Assembly (NCBI RefSeq): GCF_000025685.1
Contig: NC_013966.1
Span: 450,001 to 482,000, forward strand
From: Haloferax volcanii DS2
GTDB taxonomy: Archaea > Halobacteriota > Halobacteria > Halobacteriales > Haloferacaceae
Length of the DNA stretch: 32,000 nt
Direction: 5' to 3'
Shown: piece after piece, positions 1-7,658 of the stretch
Position numbering within the stretch: position 1 is the first letter of the stretch
Layout of the letters: each line of letters opens with the position of its first letter
Translations under genes and position numbers: made by a program
Notes under the pieces: generated by a model
Told to the model about the DNA's origin: nothing
The model's input: the letters and a program-made list of their open reading frames with translations, nothing else
The model's database searches: none

Positions 1-711
1 AAGGTCCTCGAGGAGTTCGTGCTTGCCATCGGGGCGCTCGTAGGTCGCCGTGAGGCCAAGGCGATACGGCGCGATCGTCATCTCGGGGATCTGCCGGTAG
101 GTCGGGGGTGGCAGGTGGTGTTCCTCGTCGACGACGAGCAGGCCGAACTGGTCACCGTACTCGTTGACGTAACGATAGGCGCTGTCGTAGGTCGTGACGG
201 TGATCGCGGTGACGTCGTGGCTGCCACCGCCCAGGACGCCGATCGGCTCTGGAAGTTGGTCACCGAAGGCGTTGGTGAGCGTGGCGTGCCACTGGTTCAT
301 CAGGTCGATCGTCGGCGTCACGACCAGCGCACCGACGCCGGCGTCGGCGATGGCCTGCAGCCCGAGGAACGTTTTCCCGCTGCCCGTCGGGAGGACGACG
401 CTCCCTCGCCGATTGTGATTAGTCCAAGCGTCGAGGGCGGCCTGCTGATAGTCGCGTGGTTCGATGTGAAGCGCCGGTGTGAGATCGAGAGCAGGATAGG
501 CCCGCGCAGCGTCTTCGAGAGCGTGATCGAAGCCGTCCTGCAGCGTTGATTGCTCGTTTTTGTCCGCCCACACGCCCGCCCATTCGAGGAGCGGTCGATA
601 CCGATACGCCTGGGCGCGGTATTCGTCGACGCGGTCGTCCCACTCCGCATACGGGGTATCGTCGGAGGCATCACGGAGCAGGAGGGTTCCGTCGTCGAAT
701 TCGATTCGCAT
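1..711 (-). CDS. rad25: XPB/Rad25-type SF2 DNA repair helicase, N-terminal ~237 codons; the rest lies beyond the left window edge
   Basis: Absent from the supplied ORF track because there is no in-window stop. Reverse-strand translation from ATG (711..709) reads MRIEFDDGTLLLRDASDDTPYAEW...PRDYQQAALDAWTNHNRRGSVVLPTGSGKTFLGLQAIA...GLLVVDEEHHLPPPTYRQI...LGLTATYERPDGKHELLEDL. It carries Walker A PTGSGKT, motif II DEEH and motif III GLTAT. The listed + ORF 19..549 is its antisense shadow. Confidence 0.85.
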   Translation of the reverse strand, partial: MRIEFDDGTLLLRDASDDTPYAEWDDRVDEYRAQAYRYRPLLEWAGVWADKNEQSTLQDGFDHALEDAARAYPALDLTPALHIEPRDYQQAALDAWTNHNRRGSVVLPTGSGKTFLGLQAIADAGVGALVVTPTIDLMNQWHATLTNAFGDQLPEPIGVLGGGSHDVTAITVTTYDSAYRYVNEYGDQFGLLVVDEEHHLPPPTYRQIPEMTIAPYRLGLTATYERPDGKHELLEDL

Positions 712-827
712 TCAGTATCAAGATGGATGAGTTCGGACGGATTCAATCTGTGGATTGGACGAGGGTCGGTGAGACGTGGCGCTGTCTGTCTCTGGGGAGG
801 GATGGTTCGAGTACGGACGCATGGCTC

Positions 828-1184
828 TCAGCGGTCGAGCCAGTACTGCCAGTCTGCGATCGCCTGTTCCGTGTTACTGCTGGCATCGACAGGCTCTAAT
901 TGCTCTAATGGCACGCCAAGTGTTCTGTCCATCCACTCCACCGTTACGAACATCTGGCTGAGCGTTGGCTCAGTCGGGGACATTTCGATAACGCGTACCG
1001 TTTCGCCCACATTCAGGGGCGATTCCGCTCGCTCGATGACACACCGTGCTTCGAAGGGAAAGTCCATCGTGTCGCCCAGATACGCGTGCCAGCCCATCGC
1101 CTGTTCTTCAGCACCGTACGTATCGACGGTGATCTGCGTCTCGATGCGTTCGTCTCGCTCTTCGTCTCTCTCGGCTCGTGGCAT
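828..1184 (-). CDS. conserved hypothetical protein; I recall this family being annotated as 'calcium-binding protein' in other genomes. The ORF extends to 1235.
   Basis: ORF 828..1235. The internal ATG at 1184 is preceded by a GAGGGG SD-like motif. The sequence is acidic. Motif string: TYGAEEQAMGW..FPFEARC..VPLEQL..EQAIADWQYW. Confidence 0.6.
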   Translation of the reverse strand: MPRAERDEERDERIETQITVDTYGAEEQAMGWHAYLGDTMDFPFEARCVIERAESPLNVGETVRVIEMSPTEPTLSQMFVTVEWMDRTLGVPLEQLEPVDASSNTEQAIADWQYWLDR

Positions 1185-1293
1185 ACCCCTCAGTATGCAC
1201 TCTGTTCGTAAGGTACTCTGGACAGCCGGGTCCACCTATCGAAAGCTTGCTCGACTGTGACTGCAGAATTCATTGCTTGAGTCGCCGGACAAG

Positions 1294-1336
1294 ATTAACC
1301 AACAGCACGTGTCAAATCCGATTATTGTTGGTTAAT
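1294..1336 (-). repeat. palindromic element copy 1: ATTAACCAACA - 21 nt - TGTTGGTTAAT
   Basis: Perfect 11-bp inverted arms at 1294..1304 and 1326..1336. A second copy lies at 12322..12363. Read on the minus strand, the spacer shares GGAT..TT.ACACG with copy 2. Confidence 0.7.
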
Positions 1337-1481
1337 TCGATGGACTGGAGTTGTGTGATGACGTATAGAGGCCCCTCACGGCGTGAAACCAGCTTGATAG
1401 AGGCTACTCATTGTCATGTGACCAGGATGTGTGACATCAGCCAGTCAGCGTTCGACGTCGTCGATCCAATAGCGCACTGCG

Positions 1482-1976
1482 CTATGGAAATTCGTAGCCA
1501 CAGTTCGGACAGAAGTTTTCGTCGCCATCCAGCAGAGAGAGGCACTCAACACAGATACGGTTGCTCGGAGCGGTGGCGATATCCTCTAGAAAGTCCATCG
1601 CAGTCTGTGACGCAGCACCCGGCCGATAGCCGTCAGCGTAGCCCGGCAGTGTCGAGGCCCATCGGACGGTCCCCTCATCATCGACGACCGCGACGTTCCC
1701 AGCGATGTCGAGTCTCCCGTAGCGTTTGAACGCCTCTGACGGTGTCTGGTCAATGGTCTGGTTCAACGCACGGTTGCGTTTGAGGTCGCGCTCGTAGACC
1801 TCCTCAGGCGTCGAGGAGCGTACGTCGCCTGGGAAGTCTGTGATCGGCCCGTGCTGCTCGTCGATCCGGTCGATCTCGACAGCGATGCCGTGCTCGTCGT
1901 GCAGCGTTCGCAAGAGCCGGAGCGCGTGGTCGTGCCACTCTCGGACGTCCGCATCGGCGTAGTAGCGGAGGATCAT
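1482..1976 (-). CDS. hypothetical protein with C-terminal zinc ribbon (CVEC..x11..CPNC)
   Basis: 164-aa acidic ORF. Its start overlaps the stop of the upstream gene (ATGA at 1973..1976). C-terminus: ICVECLSLLDGDENFCPNCGYEFP. Confidence 0.6.
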   Translation of the reverse strand: MILRYYADADVREWHDHALRLLRTLHDEHGIAVEIDRIDEQHGPITDFPGDVRSSTPEEVYERDLKRNRALNQTIDQTPSEAFKRYGRLDIAGNVAVVDDEGTVRWASTLPGYADGYRPGAASQTAMDFLEDIATAPSNRICVECLSLLDGDENFCPNCGYEFP

Positions 1977-2332
1977 GTGTCCTGCTCAGTGGTTTCTGCG
2001 GCTGCGATGCGATCTGAGAGGCTTTGTGCGAGCCACTCGTTGGCGAGTTCGCTCGCATGATCGACCATCTCTTGATGGCTCATCCCCCCGGTTCCGAAGG
2101 ATTTGTACACGTACCATTGTTCCGCGCTTGGTTCAAAGACGATCACGTGCGTCTTCGCTTCCATATCCAGCAGGAACGCTTCGATCGTACCGGGGGATGA
2201 TCCCGGAAACCCCATAGCTCCGCGAATTTTCGGGTTATCGCTCTCGCCAATCTGCTTCACAATGTCGTCGGTAATTGGTCGGCTCGGAAGCGACGAGAGG
2301 AACGAAGGTGAGGTTTCTGAACCATCGGTCAT
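1973..2332 (-). CDS. hypothetical protein
   Basis: 119-aa acidic ORF, translationally coupled (4-nt overlap) to 1482..1976. I recognise no motif. Confidence 0.5.
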   Translation of the reverse strand: MTDGSETSPSFLSSLPSRPITDDIVKQIGESDNPKIRGAMGFPGSSPGTIEAFLLDMEAKTHVIVFEPSAEQWYVYKSFGTGGMSHQEMVDHASELANEWLAQSLSDRIAAAETTEQDT

Positions 2333-2490
2333 ATTGCGGCGATTCGTGAGGAGTTACCTTGAATCCGTGGACTCAATCGTCCCTGCTTGCTGTGCCCCAT
2401 CCCCTTCGCTGTAATCTCAGACGATGTGCCAACCAGACTTCGATGACGAATTGGTCTGTGATGGGTGACGCAACCATGATCTATGTGAGG

Positions 2491-2643
2491 TTATCGCCCT
2501 TCGAATTCGTCTAACAGTTCATCCAACATCGGCCGGAGCTTGTACTTTTGAGAGTGTTCATCCCGGAGTTTCTGTACGTAGCCCCGCCACTCGTCGAGTT
2601 CGCCCGCAGCGTCGGCCGCCTTTCCGGCGGTATCTAGCCAGTC
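2491..2643 (-). pseudogene. orphan 3' fragment (50 codons plus stop) of a gene cut by ISH3-family copy 1
   Basis: The minus-strand frame reads DWLDTAGKAADAAGELDEWRGYVQKLRDEHSQKYKLRPMLDELLDEFEGR*. There is no start codon, and the frame hits a TGA inside the IS end immediately upstream. No convincing 5' part lies on the other side of the IS. Confidence 0.5.
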
Positions 2644-2644
2644 T

Positions 2645-4043
2645 CAGTACATCACAAAGCTGGTTAGTTGAGACGTCCGCTTGCTGAAGGTGTGTCTAAT
2701 ACCAAGCAAGCAGACGGTTCAATCCACGAGGACCAGCTCCTTAACTTCCTCGTCAACTCCCTTGACGAGGAAGTTGCACTCACTCTCGGTGAAAACGCTG
2801 AAATCGGTGCTGAAGACATCTACGAGGTCCTCGTCGGCGCCTGCGCCGACGGGACCTCGGTCTCTACACTCTGCAAGAGAAGCGAAGATGCACCTCACGA
2901 AAACTCGGTTCTCTACCATCTCCGCACCAAGTTCGACCTCGAGACGCTCGAACAAATCGGGAACACGCTCCTCCAGAAGGACGTTCTCGACGTCCTGCCT
3001 GAGCAGGTGGAGGTCTGCGCAGACCTCCACCTGCGGCCCTACTATGGTGACGAAGACGACACGGACGGTCTCTATCACTCCCAAGCAAAGCGTGGAACCA
3101 CCGCGTTCCACGCGTACGCGACACTGTACGCACGCGTGAAGAACAAACGCTACACGCTGGCGGTGCGCCGTCTCGAAGACGGCGACACCGCCAGCAGTGT
3201 CCTCGCAGAGTTCCTCGGTATTCTCGACGGCCTTGACCTCGGTGTCAAGGCCGTCTATCTTGACCGCGAATTCTACGACAGCAAGTGTTTGACGCTGCTT
3301 CAGGCGCACAACCACGCGTACGTCATGCCGATCGTCCGCTGGGGACGAACGATCAAGCGAGAACTCTCAGAAGGGTGGAGTCGCGTGATTCAGCACAGTC
3401 TGACAGCGAAACTCGACGGTCACAGCTGGACCGTCGAGTTTCCCGTCTACATCGACTGTACCTACCAGAACGGACGGTACGACGAACATGGCGTGGCGCG
3501 TCACGGCTACGCCGCTGACGCGCCGTTCATCAACTCACCACGAGACGCTCGATACCACTACGCGAAACGCTTCGGTATCGAGGCGAGCTACCGACTCTCC
3601 GAGCAAACGATTGCGACGACTACGACACAGAATCCGGTCGTACGGCTGTTGTACGTCGTGGTGAGTTTGCTGTTACAGAACGTGTGGCGGTATCTGCACT
3701 GGGAGTACGTGGCGACGCCCCGCCGAGGCGGGCGTCGCCTCTGGGAGTGGTCGTACAAGGAATTCACCAACTTGATTCGACGGGCAGCGTGGACGGCCCT
3801 CGCGGTGCGTCGGGCCGTCCCCGCGAACCGGCCACCAGACGACCGGTTTAGCCGGTAACTCTTGACCGGGCTAGCCAGCGGTGTGAGTGGCGACGCTGTC
3901 GCGTCAGCGGCTGACCGCCGCCGACAGCGACAGCTCTCCACCGATTCGTCCATGATTCTCCCGTCGAGACCGTCAATGCAACCGCTCCGACACAGAACTC
4001 AGGCTTCAGAAACAGCTAGCCGAGGATGCTTTGTGAGGTACTG
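2645..4043 (+). mobile_element. ISH3-family insertion sequence, copy 1 (1399 bp)
   Basis: Terminal inverted repeats are CAGTACATCACAAAGC (2645..) and GCTTTGTGAGGTACTG (..4043), matching at 15/16. It has a single transposase ORF. The flanks are AGTCT (2640..2644) and ATTCT (4044..4048), a 4/5 match. Confidence 0.85.
2668..3858 (+). CDS. ISH3-family DDE transposase
   Basis: 396-aa ORF. A GTG at 2692 corresponds to the start of copy 2. It differs from 6445..7611 at about 21 of 388 positions by my manual alignment. Y-2-R-3-E motif: YAKRFGIE. Confidence 0.85.
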   Translation: MRRPLAEGVSNTKQADGSIHEDQLLNFLVNSLDEEVALTLGENAEIGAEDIYEVLVGACADGTSVSTLCKRSEDAPHENSVLYHLRTKFDLETLEQIGNTLLQKDVLDVLPEQVEVCADLHLRPYYGDEDDTDGLYHSQAKRGTTAFHAYATLYARVKNKRYTLAVRRLEDGDTASSVLAEFLGILDGLDLGVKAVYLDREFYDSKCLTLLQAHNHAYVMPIVRWGRTIKRELSEGWSRVIQHSLTAKLDGHSWTVEFPVYIDCTYQNGRYDEHGVARHGYAADAPFINSPRDARYHYAKRFGIEASYRLSEQTIATTTTQNPVVRLLYVVVSLLLQNVWRYLHWEYVATPRRGGRRLWEWSYKEFTNLIRRAAWTALAVRRAVPANRPPDDRFSR

Positions 4044-4227
4044 ATTCTCGATTCGATGGCCCTCGCACTCGCCGCGCAGAGTGAGGAGTTACAGAGCGTC
4101 CCGGAAGATCCAGAACCGGACGTCCCGCGTATCCACTACCCGATCACGCCCGCGATTGCAAACAACCCGTGGAGTGAACCATGACGATTCACGAAGCAAT
4201 CAACCGACTGGACGCGGAGTTTCGAGC

Positions 4228-4881
4228 TTGACATACAGGGAGTCACTTGGGCAGATCAGAGGGGTCCTGGGATTCGCAGGATTTCTCATCCTAATCTATG
4301 CTATAGAGCGACTGACTGCCACTCTGTTAGGCTTTCCGAATGAACGTTTGATGCTTGAAATGCTGAGTGTGGAGCAGAAGCGTCTCCTTGTACTCACGAT
4401 AGGTCCGTTTGTTCACCGTGGGGTATCGCACATCGCTGAGAACCTGGTGTTTCTCCTCATCTTCGGAGGGTACATTGAATGGCAAGTCGGATGGAGGAAG
4501 CTGTATCTCTACTGTGCCGCCACGGGGTACGGGGCGAGCTGGATACTGTTAGTCATCATCGGAGGTGCTGGTGCTGTCGGGGCGAGTAGTATCACGAATG
4601 GGTTGGAAGCAGTTGCTGGAATTGTGGGATTCGTGCGGGTCGTTGAAGAACTCCGGAACGTAAATTCAGGAGCAGATATTCTCCGGGGCGTTTCCCACGT
4701 CATCCCGTTTGTGATTGGGCTCGGATTTGCTGCCTCAACGATTCAAGCTGCAACCATGTCACCAACCGACGCGACGCAAGCGATCCACGCAATTGGTGCT
4801 CTGATAGGCGTCATTGCGGCCACATATTATCCCTTGACTCAGCTTGGTACTGGTGGCATGTTTTCTGAAGTACTCAGTTAG
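4228..4881 (+). CDS. rhomboid-family intramembrane serine protease-like membrane protein
   Basis: The ORF is open from 4081, but the first 49 codons are Arg/Ser-rich and look non-coding. An in-frame TTG lies at 4228. Multi-TM protein with a TM2-like HIAENLVFLLIFGG (HxxxN), GAVGASSI (GxS) and AIHAIGALIG (H..G...G). G+C is lower than its surroundings. Confidence 0.55.
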   Translation: MTYRESLGQIRGVLGFAGFLILIYAIERLTATLLGFPNERLMLEMLSVEQKRLLVLTIGPFVHRGVSHIAENLVFLLIFGGYIEWQVGWRKLYLYCAATGYGASWILLVIIGGAGAVGASSITNGLEAVAGIVGFVRVVEELRNVNSGADILRGVSHVIPFVIGLGFAASTIQAATMSPTDATQAIHAIGALIGVIAATYYPLTQLGTGGMFSEVLS

Positions 4882-5097
4882 CAGATAACTACAGCAGCAC
4901 AGATAGCGTTTCGCTGCCGCTGAGCGGTGCAGTGCACACACGGCCGTCGCGTCTCTCGATGGGTCAAACACCTCTTGACAGTCTTGAACAAACGAATCGT
5001 TTGCTCAAACGCGCTCAGTACGAAGTCGGGTGTGTACAAGCAAGTCGCCAAAGCCTCCCCGAATAGCTCAGCAGAGATCCGCACATCGGCACGTCCG

Positions 5098-5130
5098 CAG
5101 TTGTTTATTCCCCTGTGAGGGGTGCGGGGT
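5098..5130 (+). promoter_or_regulatory. promoter cassette copy 1: CAGTTG-TTTATT-CCCCTGTGAGGGG-TGCGGGGT
   Basis: A TATA-like TTTATT at 5104..5109 lies 54 nt before the tfb ATG. It is followed by a CCCC-N5-GGGG mini-palindrome and TGCGGGG. A near-identical cassette lies at 12672..12706. Confidence 0.5.
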
Positions 5131-5157
5131 GCAGACGAGACACCTCGCGAACTACCG

Positions 5158-6081
5158 ATGGCGACGAGACACATCTACGAAACCGGCTTCGACGAGGACG
5201 TATCGAACGACGGAACCACGCCGTGTCCAGAGTGTAAGGGCGAGGTGAGAACGAACAGCGTTGAAACTGTCTGCGAGGACTGTGGACTCGTTATTGACGA
5301 GCAGCGGATCGACCATGGCCCTGAATGGAGAGCTCACGATCAGGACCAGCGAAAGCGGACGGGCGCTCCACTGACTGCGGCACGTCATGACCGAGGGCTT
5401 TCGACCGAGATCGGTCGCTGGAAAGATGCGAACGGGAACGAACTCTCCGGACGAAAGCGCCAGCGGCTATCCCGAATGCGGCGTGAACAGACTCGTGGTC
5501 GGTTCCAGTCGAAAGCCGAGCGAAACCTCGCACACGGCCTGGGTGAAGTTCGAAGAATCGCGAGCGTCCTCGAGCTCTCAGGTTCGGTCCGTGATCAGGC
5601 GTGTCAACTGTTCCGGAGCGCTCAAACCGAAGATCTGCTTCGAGGCCGATCAATCGAGGCGATAGCGGCAGCAAGCATCTACGGAGCCTGTCGCTGTAAC
5701 GGTCACTCGCGGTTACTCGACGACGTCGTCGACGCAGCACGCGTCGAACAATCGAGAGTCGCGAATGCATATAAGACGCTGAACACAGAACTTGGACTGC
5801 CGACCCAGCCTGTTCGACCGAGCGAGTTCATCCCCCGTCTCGCGTCGGAACTGGATGTTCCAGCGTATATCCGACAGCGGGCTCGGAGGTTGGCTGAACA
5901 GTCAGAATCGTCAGGAGCCGCGTCGGGTGTCAAGCCGTCAGGATTCGCAGCGGCCTGTTTGTACAAGGCAGGTCGCGAAGAGGGACGGTGGCTGACGCAG
6001 GCGGAAGTGGCGGAGGTGGCGAGCGTCACTGCAACGACCATCCGGTCGCATCGAGACACGCTGAAGGAATTGACTGGCTAA
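5158..6081 (+). CDS. tfb: transcription initiation factor IIB (TFB) paralog
   Basis: N-terminal Zn ribbon CPECKG..x14..CEDCG, followed by two cyclin-like repeats (RNLAHGLGEVRRIASVLELS.., FIPRLASELDV..). The ORF is open from 5122 and ATG 5158 (MATRHIYETGFDED) fits TFB N-termini. Confidence 0.9.
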   Translation: MATRHIYETGFDEDVSNDGTTPCPECKGEVRTNSVETVCEDCGLVIDEQRIDHGPEWRAHDQDQRKRTGAPLTAARHDRGLSTEIGRWKDANGNELSGRKRQRLSRMRREQTRGRFQSKAERNLAHGLGEVRRIASVLELSGSVRDQACQLFRSAQTEDLLRGRSIEAIAAASIYGACRCNGHSRLLDDVVDAARVEQSRVANAYKTLNTELGLPTQPVRPSEFIPRLASELDVPAYIRQRARRLAEQSESSGAASGVKPSGFAAACLYKAGREEGRWLTQAEVAEVASVTATTIRSHRDTLKELTG

Positions 6082-6260
6082 TTATCGAACAACGGTCACA
6101 GGAACTGGTGATCGTCGGAAAACTCGCTCTGCTACGTTTCCAACAAAGAGACGCTCAGCTACCGTTCCACCGTGACTACCGATGATTACTGTATCAAAGT
6201 CCCCAGCTCGCTTGATAATCGATTTGGCTGGGTGTCCCCACGCAACATCCGTTGAAATCT
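6082..6260 (-). pseudogene. universal stress protein gene, 3' half (split by ISH3 copy 2)
   Basis: The minus frame reads (I)STDVAWGHPAKSIIKRAGDFDTVIIGSHGGTVAERLFVGNVAERVFRRSPVPVTVVR*, a typical UspA C-terminus (G-2x-G..9x..G(S/T) region). It is not in the ORF track because it lacks a start. Confidence 0.8.
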
Positions 6261-7658
6261 CAGTACTTCACAAAGCGTCCTCGGCTAGCTGTTTCTGAAG
6301 CATGAGTTCTGTGACCGAGCGGTTGGACTGGCGGTTTCGACGAGAGAATCATGGACGGATCGGCGGAGAGCCGTCGCTGTCGGCGGCGGCTGCCGCCGAC
6401 GCGACAGCGTCGCCACTCCCACCGTTGGCTAGCCCGGACGGGAGTTACCGGTGGAACCGGTCGTCCGGTGGCCGGTTCGCGGGGACGGCCCGACGCGTCG
6501 CGAGGGCCGTCCACGCTGCCCGTCGGATCATGTTGATGAACTCCTTGAATGGCCACTGCCAGAGGCGACGCCCGCCTCGGCGGGGCGTCGCCACGTACTC
6601 CCAGTGCAGATACCGCCACACGTTCTGTAACAGCAAGCTCACCACGACGTACAGCAGCCGTACAACCGGATTTTGTGTCGAGGTCGTCGCAATCGTTTGC
6701 TCGGAGAGTCGGTAGCTCGCCTCGATACCGAAGCGTTTCGCGTAGTGGTATCGAGCGTCTCGTGGTGAGTTGATGAACGGCGCGTCAGCGGCGTAGCCGT
6801 GACGCGCCACGCCATGTTCGTCGTACCGTCCGTTCTGGTAGGTACAGTCGATGTAGACGGGAAACTCGACGGTCCAGCTGTGACCGTCGAGTTTCGCTGT
6901 CAGACTGTGCTGAATCACGCGACTCCACCCTTCCGAGAGTTCTCGCTTGATCGCCCGTCCCCAGCGGACGATCGGCATGACGTAGGCGTGGTTGTGCGCC
7001 TGAAGCAGCGTCAAACACTTGCTGTCGTAGAATTCGCGGTCAAGATAGACGGCCTTGACACCGAGGTCAAGGCCGTCGAGAATACCGAGGAACTCTGCGA
7101 GGACACTGCTGGCGGTGTCGCCGTCTTCGAGACGGCGCACCGCCAGCGTGTAGCGTTTGTTCTTCACGCGCGCGTAGAGTGTCGCGTACGCGTGGAACGC
7201 GGTGGTTCCACGCTTCGCTTGTGAGTGATACAGGCCGTCTGTATCGTCTTCGTCGCCGTAGTAGGGCCGCAGGTGGAGGTCTGCGCAGACCTCCACCTGC
7301 TGGGGAAGGACGTCGAGAACGTCTTTCTGGAGGAGCATGTTGCCAACCTGTTCGAGCGTTTCTAGATCGAATTTAGTGCGGAGATGGTAGAGAACGGAGT
7401 TTTCGTGGGGTGCATCTTCGCTTCTCTCACAGAGCGTTGAGACCGAGGTCCCGTCGGCGCAGGCGCCGACGAGGACCTCGTAGATGTCTTCAGCATCGAG
7501 TTCAGCGTTTTCAGCGAGTGAGAGAGCAACTTCCTCGTCAAGAGAGTTGACGAGGAAGTTAAGGAGCTGGTCCTCGTGGATTTCATCGTCTGCTTGCTGG
7601 GTTTTAGACACACCTTCTGCAAGCAGACCTTCTAACTAAACGGCTTTGTGAAGTACTG
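6261..7658 (-). mobile_element. ISH3-family insertion sequence, copy 2 (1398 bp), inverted relative to copy 1
   Basis: IRs are CAGTACTTCACAAAGC (6261..) and GCTTTGTGAAGTACTG (..7658). A perfect 5-bp target duplication AATCT sits at 6256..6260 and 7659..7663. Confidence 0.9.
6445..7611 (-). CDS. ISH3-family DDE transposase
   Basis: 388-aa ORF, about 95% identical to 2668..3858. Confidence 0.9.
   Translation of the reverse strand: MSKTQQADDEIHEDQLLNFLVNSLDEEVALSLAENAELDAEDIYEVLVGACADGTSVSTLCERSEDAPHENSVLYHLRTKFDLETLEQVGNMLLQKDVLDVLPQQVEVCADLHLRPYYGDEDDTDGLYHSQAKRGTTAFHAYATLYARVKNKRYTLAVRRLEDGDTASSVLAEFLGILDGLDLGVKAVYLDREFYDSKCLTLLQAHNHAYVMPIVRWGRAIKRELSEGWSRVIQHSLTAKLDGHSWTVEFPVYIDCTYQNGRYDEHGVARHGYAADAPFINSPRDARYHYAKRFGIEASYRLSEQTIATTSTQNPVVRLLYVVVSLLLQNVWRYLHWEYVATPRRGGRRLWQWPFKEFINMIRRAAWTALATRRAVPANRPPDDRFHR

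Noticed and set aside
19-549. 176-aa plus-strand ORF at the left edge
   Set aside because: Arg/Val-rich and lying exactly antisense to the clear XPB/Rad25 helicase frame, so it is a shadow ORF.
3588-3953. 121-aa ORF antisense to the 3' end of the ISH3 transposase, also present in copy 2 at 6302..6715
   Set aside because: It is conserved only because the IS is duplicated. The sequence is Arg-rich and low in complexity and overlaps the transposase coding frame.
4878-5174. 98-aa minus ORF and a 7-1-7 palindrome CAAACGA-A-TCGTTTG (4990..5004) between rhomboid and tfb
   Set aside because: The ORF has no recognisable motif and crosses the tfb promoter. The palindrome is isolated and unrepeated, so it is possibly a terminator or operator but unsupported.
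2645-7658. Two inverted ISH3 copies flanking rhomboid and tfb as a Tn10-like composite transposon
   Set aside because: Copy 2 has its own perfect 5-bp duplication, and both halves of the usp gene it split flank that copy alone. It therefore inserted independently. The two copies differ by about 5% at the protein level, and the outer flanks AGTCT and AATCT do not match.
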